From assembly GCF_036406195.1 (NCBI RefSeq), contig NZ_DASWVW010000033.1:224111-288110 (forward strand): a stretch of DNA of 64,000 bases. Reading direction: 5' to 3'. This DNA comes from Steroidobacter sp. (GTDB lineage Bacteria; Pseudomonadota; Gammaproteobacteria; Steroidobacterales; Steroidobacteraceae). Positions 28,544-39,117 of the stretch are shown here, in pieces (the first letter of the stretch is position 1; every line of letters begins with the position of its first letter). Under the pieces are notes generated by a model. The model made no database searches. It had not been told where the DNA came from and was given only the letters and a program-made list of their open reading frames with translations. The position numbers were made by a program, and so were the translations under genes.

Positions 28544-30028
28544 TTATCGCGCGAGCGATCTCAGCAGACTATCCCAGTGCGCCAGCGCGCCATCGATGGC
28601 CGATACCGGCACACGCTCGTTGAGCCCATGCGAGAACTCGTCCGAGTCCTTCATGAACAGGCCCGAGACACCGTAGCTCGGCACGCCAACCGCGCGGAAA
28701 TACATGCTGTCCGTGGCGCCGGCCGACATGGACGGCACAATCGACAATCCTGGGAAACGCGCGTGCACGGCCTTGGTCACCGCGTTCAAAACATCCTTGC
28801 GCAAGGGCGACGCGTCGCTTTCGATCGCGCCCGAGCCGTGCAGTGTCACGACGACCTCCGGATCCGCCGCGACTTCGGCGAGCGTCTTGCGCACGTCCTC
28901 GACCTTTACGCCCGGAAAGATACGGCAATTGATATTGGCGACAGCCTTCTGAGGCAGCGCATTGGGCGCGTGCCCCCCTTCGACCTGCGTGGCAATGCAA
29001 GTGGTGCGCAGCTGACCCAGGTAATTCGGATCGGCCGATAGCGCCGCGATGGCCTGCGGGTCCTCGGGGTTGGCCAGGTAGCTCTTGATGGCGGCGGCCG
29101 CCGGCCCCGACAACTTCGGCAAGCTCTCCCGGAAATACGCGAGCGTCAACTCGTTGTGCATGGCTGGAAACTGATACTGGCCAATGCGATCCAGTGCGCG
29201 CGCCAGCTGATTGATGGCGTTCGGCTGCGTGGGACGACTGGAATGGCCGCCAGGATTGGTGACAGTGAGCTTGAAGTCGGCATAGGTCTTTTCGCCGGCC
29301 TGCAAGCCGTACACAACCGGCTGCCCCTCTTCGGAAAGCAGGCCGCCACCGGCATCGCCGTTCAATACCAGCTCGGCATGTTTGAACTGCTCGGCCAGCT
29401 TGCTAGTGCTCACCATCTGCGTTTCCTCGTCGCCCGACAGTGCGAGGATCACGTCGCGCTTCGGCTTCCAGCCTGAGCGCTTCAGCTTGGCCAGGGTCGC
29501 CGTGATCATGGAAATTTCGAACTTGTTGTCGACCGAGCCACGGCCGAAGACGTAGCCGTTCTCGATCACCGGCGTGAACGGATCGCGCGTCCAGTCCTCA
29601 CGCCTGGCTTCGACGACGTCCATGTGACCGACGACCAGCAGCGGCTTCTTCTTGCTGTCGGTCCCGCGATAGTGCGCGACCAGCGTGGCCGTATCCGCCA
29701 CCGACTCGATCACGACGTCGCCGGGCGCGAAGCCCGCGTCCACCAGCACACTCTTGAGATATTCCGCATAGGCCGGCACCTGGCCGGCGCCTTCCACGGT
29801 TCGATAACTGATCGACTTCTGCAGGATGCCCAGTGCCTGGTCGTGCAGCGCCGGATCGCCCCTGGTCGACCCCACCGCCACCGAAGCCGCAAGGACACCG
29901 GCCACTGCGAAACCGATCAGTGCCGACACCTGGTGCAAGCGCTTCGAACCGAGTTTGATCTGCGAGCGGAACTTCACTGAACACCTCATGCAATGCCGCC
30001 ATGGCCATGGCGGGTCGCATTGTCGCAC
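28544..30028 (-). CDS. Secreted M20/M25/M40 metallopeptidase (start probably downstream of 30028)
   Basis: GHMDVV, GRGSVDNK, DEE and HGLNER motifs. Confidence 0.88.
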   Translation of the reverse strand: MRQCDPPWPWRHCMRCSVKFRSQIKLGSKRLHQVSALIGFAVAGVLAASVAVGSTRGDPALHDQALGILQKSISYRTVEGAGQVPAYAEYLKSVLVDAGFAPGDVVIESVADTATLVAHYRGTDSKKKPLLVVGHMDVVEARREDWTRDPFTPVIENGYVFGRGSVDNKFEISMITATLAKLKRSGWKPKRDVILALSGDEETQMVSTSKLAEQFKHAELVLNGDAGGGLLSEEGQPVVYGLQAGEKTYADFKLTVTNPGGHSSRPTQPNAINQLARALDRIGQYQFPAMHNELTLAYFRESLPKLSGPAAAAIKSYLANPEDPQAIAALSADPNYLGQLRTTCIATQVEGGHAPNALPQKAVANINCRIFPGVKVEDVRKTLAEVAADPEVVVTLHGSGAIESDASPLRKDVLNAVTKAVHARFPGLSIVPSMSAGATDSMYFRAVGVPSYGVSGLFMKDSDEFSHGLNERVPVSAIDGALAHWDSLLRSLAR

Positions 30029-30087
30029 GGCGGGCTGGAATCGACACGAGCCGGGAACTCCGGGCGGCGGCCGAGGGTACCTGAGAA

Positions 30088-31167
30088 GTGACTACCGCGC
30101 TATCGCCACCGATCCAGCCCATGTTGGCCAAGCTCGCCGACGAGCTGCCGACGGGGGCTTTCCTGTACGAACCGAAGTGGGACGGGTTTCGGGCCATCGT
30201 GTTTCGCGACAAAAATGACGTGTACCTCCAGAGCCGCGACTGCCGTCCGCTCGATCGCTACTTTCCGGAGCTGCACGACGTGCTGCTCGAGCGCTTGCCA
30301 CGCAACTGCGTCGTGGACGGGGAGATCGTGATTGCAGCGGCAGGCGGGCTCGACTTCGATGCACTTCAATTGCGCTTGCATCCAGCGGCTTCGCGAGTAC
30401 AGAAGCTCGCGAAAGAAACACCGTCTTCGTTTATCGCTTTCGACCTGCTCGCGTCGGCTGGACGTAGTCTCATGGATGAAGAGCAAACAGTACGGCGCGC
30501 AGCGCTCGAAAAGCTGCTCGCCGATGTCGAACCACCCGTGCATGTAACACCGGTCACACGCGACCGAGAGATTGCTCTCGACTGGCTCACGCGTTTCGAA
30601 GGGGCCGGTCTGGACGGCGTGATCGCAAAACCGGAGTCGGGGGCGTACCAGCCCGGCAAGCGCGCAATGATCAAGGTGAAGCATGTGCGCACCGCTGAAT
30701 GTGTAGTGGCCGGATTTCGCTGGTACAAAACTGGCAAAGACGTCGTCGGCTCGCTGCTGCTCGGGCTGTACGACGACAGCGGCGTGCTCCAACACGTCGG
30801 CGTTACCTCGTCATTTACGATGGCGATGCGCAAGCGTCTGGCCGAAGAGCTCGCGCCGCTTCGCAAGAACGCAATGAAAGATCACCCGTGGCGCGAGTGG
30901 GCGGGTGCCGGCGCCGAATCCAGCCGCATGCCCGGCGCGCAAAGTCGCTGGAGCAGCGGCAAGGACCTGTCATGGGAGCCGCTCAGGATCGAGCGCGTCT
31001 GCGAGGTGAAGTACGATCACATGCAAGGCGATCGCTTCCGGCACGCCGCAATCTTTCTGCGATGGCGGCCCGACAAACTGCCGCAGGACTGCCGTTACGA
31101 TCAACTCGAAGTCACCGCACCCTATGAGTTGGAGCGAATCTTCTCGTCCGGATCGAGCGGCTCTTGA
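30088..31167 (+). CDS. ligC: ATP-dependent DNA ligase, LigC type
   Basis: EPKWDGFR, DGEIV, AFDLL, DGVIAK and IKVK motifs. Confidence 0.9.
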   Translation: MTTALSPPIQPMLAKLADELPTGAFLYEPKWDGFRAIVFRDKNDVYLQSRDCRPLDRYFPELHDVLLERLPRNCVVDGEIVIAAAGGLDFDALQLRLHPAASRVQKLAKETPSSFIAFDLLASAGRSLMDEEQTVRRAALEKLLADVEPPVHVTPVTRDREIALDWLTRFEGAGLDGVIAKPESGAYQPGKRAMIKVKHVRTAECVVAGFRWYKTGKDVVGSLLLGLYDDSGVLQHVGVTSSFTMAMRKRLAEELAPLRKNAMKDHPWREWAGAGAESSRMPGAQSRWSSGKDLSWEPLRIERVCEVKYDHMQGDRFRHAAIFLRWRPDKLPQDCRYDQLEVTAPYELERIFSSGSSGS

Positions 31168-32366
31168 GGTGGCCGCAACGCTTCTGGCACGCGTTGCAGA
31201 TTGATGCGGATGCGAGTCCAGGTGCTGTAGCGGCCACGCATTGCATCGACCAGTATGTCGGCGGGTTGCAGATGGGCGGCCGCCTCCGGATGACGTGCTT
31301 TCCAGCGCTCCACACCGGCCAAGGCATCCTCTTTGTGGCGCGCCCGACCGATCTCGATCAGAGGGAATTTGGATTTGCGCTTGGAGGGTTGTACGCGTGG
31401 CGGCTCGGATGCCTGCTTACGATAATGCGGCGGCCACGGCGCAACGCCCAATCCCTGGCGCTCGAACAGCTCGAGCAATCCTTCGATCGAGCCGGCGTGC
31501 TCATCGATGCCTCGATGCAGGTCGCCCAGCTTTTCGAAACGCGCCGGCATCGAAACCAAAGTGAAATCCGCTGGATCGCAATCCTCGACCTCGTCCCAGG
31601 AAAGCGGCGCAGACACGCGGGCGTCGGGCTTGGGCCGCACGGAGTATGCGGCGGCGACGGTCCGATCCTTCGAGTTCTGGTTGTAGTCCACAAACACGCC
31701 CTGTCGCTCTTCTTTCCACCACTTGCTCGTTGCAAGATTCGGCCCGCGCTGCTCGACTTCACGTGCTAACGCGAGAGCTGCGAGGCGCACTTCATCGAAG
31801 CTCCAACGCGGTTGGATGCGCACGCATATGTGCATGCCACGCGAGCCGGACGTCTTCGGCCAGCCGACCAGCTTGAAGTCATCGAGTACGGATCGAGCGA
31901 CCATGGCCACTTCCTGGACTTGCCGCCACGTTACGCCGGGCACAGGATCGAGGTCGACACGCAGTTCGTCAGGATGATCCAGGTCTTCGGCTCGCACCGG
32001 ATGCGGATGCAACTCCAGACAAGCAAGATTCGCGAGCCATGCGAGCGCCGCCGCGTCGCGCGGCACGACTTCTTCCGCGGCACGCCCCGACGGGAAGCGT
32101 AGCTCGACCACTTCGATCCACGGCGGCCGGCTGGTCGGCGCGCGCTTCTGATAGAAATGTTCGCCCTGGATGCCGTCGGGATAGCGCACCAACATATTCG
32201 GCCGGCCACCTGCGCCCCGTAGCGCCCCTTCGCTCACCGCTATGTAGTAATGAACCAGGTCGAGCTTGGTGAGCTTCGGCTCCGGGAACAGCACTTTGCC
32301 CGGATTCGAGATCGTGACCTCGTGCCCGGCGACACCAAGAACCTCGGACGCGCTCTTCTTGGCCAT
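31122..32366 (-). CDS. Stand-alone LigD-type primase-polymerase domain protein
   Basis: RYPDG, FYQK, DLDP, KTSGSRGMH and VDYNQN motifs. Confidence 0.9.
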   Translation of the reverse strand: MAKKSASEVLGVAGHEVTISNPGKVLFPEPKLTKLDLVHYYIAVSEGALRGAGGRPNMLVRYPDGIQGEHFYQKRAPTSRPPWIEVVELRFPSGRAAEEVVPRDAAALAWLANLACLELHPHPVRAEDLDHPDELRVDLDPVPGVTWRQVQEVAMVARSVLDDFKLVGWPKTSGSRGMHICVRIQPRWSFDEVRLAALALAREVEQRGPNLATSKWWKEERQGVFVDYNQNSKDRTVAAAYSVRPKPDARVSAPLSWDEVEDCDPADFTLVSMPARFEKLGDLHRGIDEHAGSIEGLLELFERQGLGVAPWPPHYRKQASEPPRVQPSKRKSKFPLIEIGRARHKEDALAGVERWKARHPEAAAHLQPADILVDAMRGRYSTWTRIRINLQRVPEALRPPQEPLDPDEKIRSNS

Positions 32367-32472
32367 GACATCAGCTGACCGGATGCATTGCTCCTGCTGC
32401 GATACAGACGCAACGAAGGCGCCGGCGCGCGGTTCCCTGAACCGGGTCTATCAGGCGGGTTCTAGTGCCCGG

Positions 32473-32907
32473 CTAGCCCGTGAGCGCCAATGCCACAACG
32501 CCGCTGACGATCAGCACTGCTCCAGTCAAGCGCAGCGGTGTCACCCGCTCCTTGAGCAGACGAAGGCCAAAGTAGGTGCCGATCAGCGTCGCCAGCTCAC
32601 GCATCGGTGCAACGTGCCCAATGGGCGCATGTTTCATCGCGTACAGCACGAGGATATAACCGAGAGGGCCCAGCACTGAGACGATCAGGATGGGCGTTCG
32701 ATACGTTCTGACTTCGTCCATCAAGGCGGGACGATCCTGCAACGCCATCGGGGCGAGCACGCCCAGCCGCAATAAGTTTCCTGTGAAGTCGATCAGGAAC
32801 GGCGAGAGCATCAATGTCTTCACCGCCCAGCCGTCATTGATCGTATAGCCGGCGATGAACACCCCGGTCAGCATTCCCAGCGCGATGCCCGCCGCGGCGC
32901 CTACCAC
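32473..32907 (-). pseudogene. C-terminal half of an EamA/DMT transporter
   Basis: IAGYTINDG and VAPMRE...LKER match the second EamA repeat only; no SD or first repeat upstream. Confidence 0.6.
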
Positions 32908-33101
32908 ACAAAGTGACGCGACCCCGCGGCACGTTTGGCAGCCAGGTTCCAGGTGGCGTGAGTCAACGCCACCAACAGGACGGCCGCGATCGCGAGAGGA
33001 TGCATGCGTGGCGGGATTCTACGTGTTCTCAGGCAAGAATCGGAGTTCGCGACGTTGATTGCCGCGGCACTCTGCGCTCACTCGATAGCAGGTGAGCCCC
33101 C

Positions 33102-33569
33102 ATGCACTTCCAGATCTCCGGCCTTCCCTTGAGCCACTTCGCCCCGCTGTTCTCCCTCTCCGACGAGGAACTCGCACAGCACGACGCGCTACGCGTCGTC
33201 GCCAACAGCTGCCCCGGCTTTCCTTGCCGAGTCAGCTTGCAAGATGCCGAGGTGGGCGAGCGACTGCTCCTGCTCAACTACGAACACCTGGCCCTCGCCA
33301 CGCCCTACCGCTCACGCCACGCCATCTTCGTCCGCGAATCCGCCACCGAAGCCCACCTATCCACCGACGAAGTTCCCGAACAGCTACGCATCCGCCTGCT
33401 CTCCGTCCGTGCCTTCGACACCCGAGGCATGATGGAAGGCGCCGAAGTCGCTCCCGGCACCGCCCTCGAACGCGTAATCGAGCAGCTCTTCTCGAATCCA
33501 AACGTGAGCTATCTACACATCCACAATGCCAAGCCAGGCTGTTACGCCGCGCGTGTGGATAGAACGTAG
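33102..33569 (+). CDS. DUF1203 family protein
   Basis: PGFPCRVSLQDA, PYRSRHAIFV and HIHNAKPGCY motifs. Confidence 0.85.
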   Translation: MHFQISGLPLSHFAPLFSLSDEELAQHDALRVVANSCPGFPCRVSLQDAEVGERLLLLNYEHLALATPYRSRHAIFVRESATEAHLSTDEVPEQLRIRLLSVRAFDTRGMMEGAEVAPGTALERVIEQLFSNPNVSYLHIHNAKPGCYAARVDRT

Positions 33570-33651
33570 CCTCCATCCACACCGGACGCGACCGATCCTC
33601 TCATCTACGTTACTAGTCCGCCGCGCGTTTGACTCCCAACACCTACCCTCG

Positions 33652-33690
33652 GCAGCGCTTGGGGGAGGACACCCCTCCCCCAAGCGCTGC
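33652..33690. repeat. Perfect 17-bp inverted repeat between convergent genes (terminator or REP-like)
   Basis: GCAGCGCTTGGGGGAGG-ACACC-CCTCCCCCAAGCGCTGC. Confidence 0.8.
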
Positions 33691-33732
33691 AAGCCACCGC
33701 GCTGTTCTTCTCCAACAAACTAGCAAGGCGCA

Positions 33733-35529
33733 TTAAGCGACCTGAGCACCACCACCAACCACCCCACCCGACTGCCGATCGAACAACCTCCGATAGTGCC
33801 CATGCGGCCTCCGCAACAGCACCTCGTGGCTGCCCTCCTCGACGATGCGGCCGTGCTCGAACACCAGGATGCGATCCATCGCTTGCACAGTCGACAAACG
33901 ATGGGCGATCACGATGGACGTGCGGCCCGCCATCAGGCGATCCATGGCCTGCTGAATCAGCGCCTCCGATTCCGAATCGAGACTCGAAGTCGCCTCGTCC
34001 AAGATCAGGATCGGAGCATCAGCCAGGAACGCCCGCGCCAACGCAACACGCTGCCGCTCGCCGCCCGACAGTTTCACACCTCGCTCACCGACCAGCGTCT
34101 GATACCCACGCGGCAACCGCACGATGAAGTCGTGAGCATTCGCCAGCCGGGCCGCCCGCTCGATCTCCTGCATCGTGGCATCCGTCCTCGCATAAGAAAT
34201 ATTCTCCGCAAAGCTACGATGAAACAGGATGGGCTCCTGCTGCACGATCGCAATCTGCGATCGCAACGACTCCTGCGTGGCATGCGCCACGTCCTGACCG
34301 TCGATCAGCACGCGCCCCTCGGTCACGTCATACAACCGCTGGATCAACTTCACGAACGTGGTCTTGCCCGAGCCGGAGTGACCCACCAACCCGATGCGCT
34401 CGCCCGGCGCAATGCGCACGTTCAAGTTGCGATATAACGGCGTGTGCTGACCGGCATAGCAAAACGTCACATGGTCGTAACGAACTTCGCCCGCCTCGAT
34501 GTGCAGTGGCCGCGCGCCAGGCGCATCCGCCACGCCCATGGGCTCCGCGTGCATCTCTACCATCTCTTCCATTTCGTTCACGGCACGCTGCAGGTGATGC
34601 ACGTGCTGGCCGATGTCACGCAAGTATCCGTGCACGACGAAATACGTCGTCAGCACATAGGTAATCTCGCCCGGCGTCGCACGCCCCTGCCACCACAACC
34701 ACAAAGCAGTCCCCGTAACCGCCGACCGAACCAGCCACAGCAACGCCAGCTGCCCCGTGCCACTCCACGTGTGCAGCATCCAAGTACGATGAGTACGCCG
34801 CGACCATTTGTCGACGACCCGCGCCAGCCGCGCATCTTCACGCGCTTCCGCGCCGAAGGATTTCACGACCGCGTTGGCGCCGAGCGCATCCGCCAGCACA
34901 CCACCCACCTTCGTATCCTGCGCGTTGGACAAACGTGAAGCGGGCGCGATGATGCGTGTCGCCAGCATTACCGTCATCACCACGTAAGCGATCGAGCCGA
35001 GCGCCATCACCAGCCCCATGACCGGCCAACGATGGCCCAGCAGCAACACCGTTCCAATCAACACCACCAGCGACGGCAACAGCGCGAGCAGCAGCACGTC
35101 GTTGATCATGTCGAGCGCCCACATGCCGCGCGTAATCTTGCGCACGATGGAGCCGGAGAAACTGTTGTTGTGCCAGTCGGTCGAGAACCGCTGCACGCGA
35201 TGAAACGCACTCTGCGCCACCTTGCGCATGATGCTGAGCGTGAGCGGCACGATGCCCCACCATGCGAGATGGCGCAGAAACACCATCGACAAGCCCAGGC
35301 CCATCATGACGAGAAAAGAATGAAACGCGACATCCACCGCGCCGCGCCCTTCTGCGAGAGCATCGACGAGCCGGCCGGCGTACACGGGGACGAACACTTC
35401 GGTGAGCGTCGCCAGCACCATCCCGACGGCGACAGCAATTACCAGGCCTTTGCGAGCAGCCCAGTGCCGGAGCGTAAAGAACAGGACATTACGGAGGGCC
35501 TGCGAGCCCTCGACGCGAGATTTGATCAT
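33733..35529 (-). CDS. ABC exporter, fused permease and ATPase
   Basis: TM domain followed by GHSGSGKT, LSGGERQR and ILDEAT. Confidence 0.93.
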   Translation of the reverse strand: MIKSRVEGSQALRNVLFFTLRHWAARKGLVIAVAVGMVLATLTEVFVPVYAGRLVDALAEGRGAVDVAFHSFLVMMGLGLSMVFLRHLAWWGIVPLTLSIMRKVAQSAFHRVQRFSTDWHNNSFSGSIVRKITRGMWALDMINDVLLLALLPSLVVLIGTVLLLGHRWPVMGLVMALGSIAYVVMTVMLATRIIAPASRLSNAQDTKVGGVLADALGANAVVKSFGAEAREDARLARVVDKWSRRTHRTWMLHTWSGTGQLALLWLVRSAVTGTALWLWWQGRATPGEITYVLTTYFVVHGYLRDIGQHVHHLQRAVNEMEEMVEMHAEPMGVADAPGARPLHIEAGEVRYDHVTFCYAGQHTPLYRNLNVRIAPGERIGLVGHSGSGKTTFVKLIQRLYDVTEGRVLIDGQDVAHATQESLRSQIAIVQQEPILFHRSFAENISYARTDATMQEIERAARLANAHDFIVRLPRGYQTLVGERGVKLSGGERQRVALARAFLADAPILILDEATSSLDSESEALIQQAMDRLMAGRTSIVIAHRLSTVQAMDRILVFEHGRIVEEGSHEVLLRRPHGHYRRLFDRQSGGVVGGGAQVA

Positions 35530-35631
35530 GATGAGCGAGCGCGTTACCGCGCTATCCTTGCGAAAACGTTTGAACCTTGGAGACGGCGCGCCACCGTGAG
35601 TGGGGCCGCGGCGCAGTCGGATGTACCGGTT

Positions 35632-35673
35632 TTACCGGGGACGCACCGGGAGGTGCATGCTGGATGTTTTCAT
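35632..35673 (-). promoter_or_regulatory. Putative leader peptide uORF MKTSSMHLPVRPR
   Basis: Perfect AAGGAGG SD 6 nt before ATG; ends about 100 nt upstream of the ABC exporter. Confidence 0.6.
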
Positions 35674-35833
35674 CGGCGCCCTCCTTTGTCTTCGCTTGGA
35701 GATCAATGACGGGAAGTGTATTGAATCATTGTTGGCGGCCGACTGGCAAGCCCGCCGCGACAATTCAGCGCGCCATGCCTCGCTTCGTTTGCAACGATTG
35801 CATGACGAACCAAACAAACCTGCGCAGAGTCAC

Positions 35834-36415
35834 TTACATCGGCGGCATTGGTGACACACCAATCCACCGCACGTGCAGCCACAGCGCGAAAATCACATAC
35901 AGCGCCAGACCGCCGACCACCGCAATGAGATCGTTGTATTTCATCGGCGGCGGTCCCGGCACCGGCCGGACCACAGGCCGGCGTTTGACGGAAATCCGGT
36001 CCGCCACAGCCCAGATCAAGAATCCGCCGAACAACAGCAGGTCGGCGAGCATGCCGTTGGCGAGCAGATGCGCGAAGGCCCACAGCTTGATCGAAACGAG
36101 CATGGGATGCTTCACGGCCGCCTTGATCCTGCCGGGCAAGTAAGCCGCCAGCAGCAACGGAAACACCGGCAGCATCAACAGCGACGTGAGATGTCGCGTC
36201 CATACCGGCGGCGCATACACCAAAATTGGATCTTGGCGTGCGACGCCATATCCCCACACGAGCAGCACGAATCCCGCGATCGACAGCAGCGAGTACACAC
36301 CCTTGTACGCGCCCTCGCCCATGCGTGCGACAGCCGCGCTCCGAAACTTCGGAGAGAAAATCTCTACGGAGTGCACGCCAAGGAAGATCGCCAGTCCGAG
36401 AATCAGATAGATCAT
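35834..36415 (-). CDS. NnrU family membrane protein
   Basis: HPMLVSIKLWAFAHLLANG motif. Confidence 0.88.
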   Translation of the reverse strand: MIYLILGLAIFLGVHSVEIFSPKFRSAAVARMGEGAYKGVYSLLSIAGFVLLVWGYGVARQDPILVYAPPVWTRHLTSLLMLPVFPLLLAAYLPGRIKAAVKHPMLVSIKLWAFAHLLANGMLADLLLFGGFLIWAVADRISVKRRPVVRPVPGPPPMKYNDLIAVVGGLALYVIFALWLHVRWIGVSPMPPM

Positions 36416-38103
36416 CGCGACTCCTGCTTCTGCGAAGCTTTACGGATCGACTGCAGCGTGGCGTTCGGCGTAATGGCTTCCGGATCGATGCGGATCTCGA
36501 TCAACGCGGGCCGGCCCGCCGCCTTTGCCCGTTCGAATGCCGGCGCGAACTGCTCAGTCGTCTCGACCAATTCGCCATGCGCGCCGAACGCCTTGGCCAG
36601 CGCGGCGAAATCGGGATTGACCAGGGACGTGCCATGGACACGCGCCGGATACTCGCGCTCCTGGTGCATGCGAATCGTGCCATACATATTGTTGTTGACC
36701 ACGATGATGATCACGTTCAGGCCATACTGCACGGCAGTCGCAAGCTCCTGCCCGGTCATGAGGTAGCAACCATCGCCGGCAAACGAAACAACGGCCCGCT
36801 CGGGATACAAAGCCTTCGCTGCGATACCTGCCGGCACGCCATAGCCCATCGCGCCCGACGTGGGCGCAAGTTGCGTACGAAAGCCGCGATAGCGATGGAA
36901 TCGATGCACCCAGGTCGTGTAGTTGCCCGCGCCGTTGGTCACGATGGCGTCCGGAGGCAACACTCGATCCAGATGCTGGATCACGTCCCACATCTGCACC
37001 GCGCCCGGAATCTGTTGGCGCTCCTGCCAGGCGCGATAGTCGGCGTTCGCCGCCTGCATGTGCGCCTTGGCCTCGTCGCGAGCCACTTTGGGTAACGCCG
37101 CCAGCGCCGCCATCACCGACGGCATGGTGGCATTGATCATGAGATCTGCGTGATAGAAACGTCCCAGCTCTTCTGCGTCGGGATAGATGTGCACGAGGCG
37201 CTGCTCGGGCACCGGCCCGGCAATCAACCCATAGCCACTGGTAGTGATCTCGCCCAGACGCGCGCCCAGCACGATCAGCAGGTCCGACGCCTTGATCCGT
37301 TCCGCGAGCTTGGGGTTGATGCCGATGCCGACATCGCCCGCGTAGTTGGGATGCGCGTTGTCGAACAGGTCCTGTGAACGGAACTCGCACCCGACCGGAA
37401 TCTGCTGGGTCTCGGCGAAACGTTGCAAGCGAGCGCAGGCCGTTTCGTCCCAGCCGCTGCCGCCCACCAGCAGGAACGGGCGGCGCGCTTCGCGCAGCAT
37501 TTGCGACAATTGGTCGAGCGCTTCTGCAGACGGCGCGGACTCGATCCTTTGCCAGGGCCGGGCATCCTGCACTTCGGCCGTTCCTGACAGCACGTCTTCG
37601 GGCAGCGCCAGCACCACCGGCCCCATGCGGCCACTGGTGGCGACCTGATAGGCACGCGCCATGAACTCGGGAATGCGATCGGTGCGGTCGATCTGCGCCA
37701 CCCACTTCGACATGGGGCCGAACATGCGGCGGTAGTCGATCTCCTGGAACGCTTCACGCTCCATGAAATCCGTGCCGACCTGGCCGATCAGCAGGATCAT
37801 CGGCGTGGAATCCTGAAACGCCGTGTGTATACCGATCGAGGCATTGGTGGCGCCCGGACCGCGCGTCACCAGGCAAATGCCCGGCTTGCCCGTCAACTTG
37901 CCGTACGCCTCGGCCATGTTGGCCGCGCCATTCTCGTGACGGCACGAGATCAGCCGGATGCGGTCGCGGACTGTATACAATGCATCGAGCACCGGCAGGT
38001 AGCTTTCGCCGGGGACGCAAAAAGCCAGCTCGGCTCCGTGGGTCAGCAGCTGGTCGACGATGAGTTGGCCGCCGGTACGAGCGGATCTTGCAGAATGGGA
38101 CAT
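36412..38103 (-). CDS. Thiamine pyrophosphate-dependent enzyme (acetolactate synthase-like)
   Basis: VPGESYL, TRGPGATN and GDG...NN motifs. Confidence 0.9.
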   Translation of the reverse strand: MSHSARSARTGGQLIVDQLLTHGAELAFCVPGESYLPVLDALYTVRDRIRLISCRHENGAANMAEAYGKLTGKPGICLVTRGPGATNASIGIHTAFQDSTPMILLIGQVGTDFMEREAFQEIDYRRMFGPMSKWVAQIDRTDRIPEFMARAYQVATSGRMGPVVLALPEDVLSGTAEVQDARPWQRIESAPSAEALDQLSQMLREARRPFLLVGGSGWDETACARLQRFAETQQIPVGCEFRSQDLFDNAHPNYAGDVGIGINPKLAERIKASDLLIVLGARLGEITTSGYGLIAGPVPEQRLVHIYPDAEELGRFYHADLMINATMPSVMAALAALPKVARDEAKAHMQAANADYRAWQERQQIPGAVQMWDVIQHLDRVLPPDAIVTNGAGNYTTWVHRFHRYRGFRTQLAPTSGAMGYGVPAGIAAKALYPERAVVSFAGDGCYLMTGQELATAVQYGLNVIIIVVNNNMYGTIRMHQEREYPARVHGTSLVNPDFAALAKAFGAHGELVETTEQFAPAFERAKAAGRPALIEIRIDPEAITPNATLQSIRKASQKQESR

Positions 38104-38222
38104 CGGGCGCTACCTCTGGCCGCCGCCGGTCGGTGATCGAGTGCGGCGGCTTGCTAATGAGAAAAGCGCAATTTTAGCGCGCGAGGCCCGTCGTTCGCAT
38201 AGCCAGCAAAGCGGCGGCTCAA

Positions 38223-39014
38223 TCAGCGGCTGTTTATTGCCAACCGCAGCGCTTCCGCCACGCCTGCGTCATCGACGTGACCGACGGTGCGCGCAGCCGC
38301 GTCGATCACCAAACGATCGGCATTAGCCATTGCGATGGGATGGCCCACTACGCGCAGTGCCGAGATATCGTTGCCAGAATCGCCGATGTACATCACCTCG
38401 CGCATGTCGACGCGATACGCAGCAGCGATCTCGCGCATCGCGCTGCCCTTGCTCACGCCCTTGCGCGTCAGACCGACGAAGCTGACATTGGGCATGAGCG
38501 GCGACGTTGAATGGGCCATCTCCAACTCGGCAGGCGCAACGAGACACTCGGCGTCTTGCGGAGAGAGCAGCCACTGCGCGCGCACCAGTGGCGGCGACAG
38601 CGTTTCCAAGGGCTGCGGCTTGAACGGCAGACCCAGCAACTCGGCATGCTGCCTGGCCCAAAGTGCTTCACTTTCGACGGCATAGTCATCGTCGCCGTAC
38701 ATTTCGAGAACCTGCCCGGTCTCACGCGCCTGTGCGATCAAGCCGCGCACGCAACCTTCTGGCAACGGCGTGGATCGCGACTCCCGCGTCATCAGGTTCA
38801 CGATGCTCGCGCCGTTTTGAAAGATGTGCCAACCATCGTCATCGAGGCGGCGTGCATACTCGGCGGCAATGCCGAACGCCGGCCGCCCCGAGCACAAAGC
38901 AATATGGATTCCCGCAGCCCGTGCCTGAGCGGCCGTCTCCCACACGATGTCGGGCACCTCGCCGGAGCGGCCCACCAACGTGCCATCGACATCGATTCCG
39001 ATCAGCGCAATCAA
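38223..39014 (-). CDS. Cof-type HAD-IIB hydrolase
   Basis: DVDGTL, SGR, SKG and GDSGND motifs. Confidence 0.9.
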   Translation of the reverse strand: MIALIGIDVDGTLVGRSGEVPDIVWETAAQARAAGIHIALCSGRPAFGIAAEYARRLDDDGWHIFQNGASIVNLMTRESRSTPLPEGCVRGLIAQARETGQVLEMYGDDDYAVESEALWARQHAELLGLPFKPQPLETLSPPLVRAQWLLSPQDAECLVAPAELEMAHSTSPLMPNVSFVGLTRKGVSKGSAMREIAAAYRVDMREVMYIGDSGNDISALRVVGHPIAMANADRLVIDAAARTVGHVDDAGVAEALRLAINSR

Positions 39015-39117
39015 TGGATACTTCCCACGCGCGAAGATGAGGTCGGGACATACTAGCTTGCCCCACGTGTCCGCGCGCGCCGACCTTCGTCAGATTCCGC
39101 TCACTCGCAGGGTGAAT

